Source of the DNA: a virus
Taxonomy: Duplodnaviria; Caudoviricetes
Reading direction: 5' to 3' (one strand)
Virus record (IMG/VR): IMGVR_UViG_3300025389_000068
Span: 1 to 32,024 of that record
Length of the DNA: 32,024 nt
A model generated the notes under the pieces. It was not told the origin of the DNA. It saw only the letters and a list, made by a program, of their open reading frames with translations, and searched no databases. Position numbers and translations under genes: made by a program. This document shows positions 31,789 through 32,024 of the stretch, one piece after another. Each line of letters opens with the position of its first letter. The first letter of the stretch is position 1.

Positions 31789-32024
31789 TTAAGTATTGAT
31801 TGTTAGAATATTATTTGTGTTTGACGTGGTGTCTGTTGTGATTGAATATGTTTTTAATATATCAGTACTGTATTGAAAGAAACTATCAAATTCAAAAATT
31901 GTCCAGTCTCCGTGTTTTTTTGAAGTGTAATATACAAAGTTGTCGCTAATCCATGTTAGTTTGCTTTGAACAGCAATATACCGACCTTTACGGTTAAATT
32001 TCATGAATAAAATATTAACATCAT
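31789..32024 (-). CDS. C-terminal part of a protein starting outside the window, possibly a Holliday-junction-resolvase-like nuclease
   Basis: Frame is open to the window edge upstream of Met 32004 (DVNILF-MKFNRKGRYIAV). The family guess is from memory only. Confidence 0.45.
   Translation of the reverse strand, partial: DVNILFMKFNRKGRYIAVQSKLTWISDNFVYYTSKKHGDWTIFEFDSFFQYSTDILKTYSITTDTTSNTNNILTINT

Overview
AT-rich segment of a large T4-like myovirus genome (standard genetic code) covering the late/morphogenesis region. Minus strand, right to left: tape-measure/hub-like protein with a C-terminal LAS (M15-like) peptidase, portal (gp20), two prohead-core-like proteins, prohead protease (gp21), scaffold (gp22), major capsid (gp23), a free-standing HNH/NUMOD3 homing endonuclease, a DesA-type fatty acid desaturase (auxiliary metabolic gene) and three paralogous Asn/Gly-rich fibre genes. 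The third fibre gene is a giant ORF of at least 4771 codons (14314 to beyond position 1) that the ORF track omits because its stop lies outside the window. Plus strand: a degenerate HNH zinc-finger protein and a gp26/gp51-like pair. Most notable observations: (1) a ~470-nt non-coding, hairpin-dense element at 31307-31770 (large structured RNA and/or origin); (2) a T-TTT-TTC slippery site predicting a -1 frameshifted gp26-gp51 fusion, like lambda G/GT; (3) a six-level Russian-doll nesting of domains inside the giant fibre; (4) a synonymously recoded 3' end of gp23 next to the homing endonuclease; (5) late promoters placed for leaderless translation, plus a ~50-nt promoter-terminator mini-unit. 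All family assignments are by motif recognition only; no searches were run.
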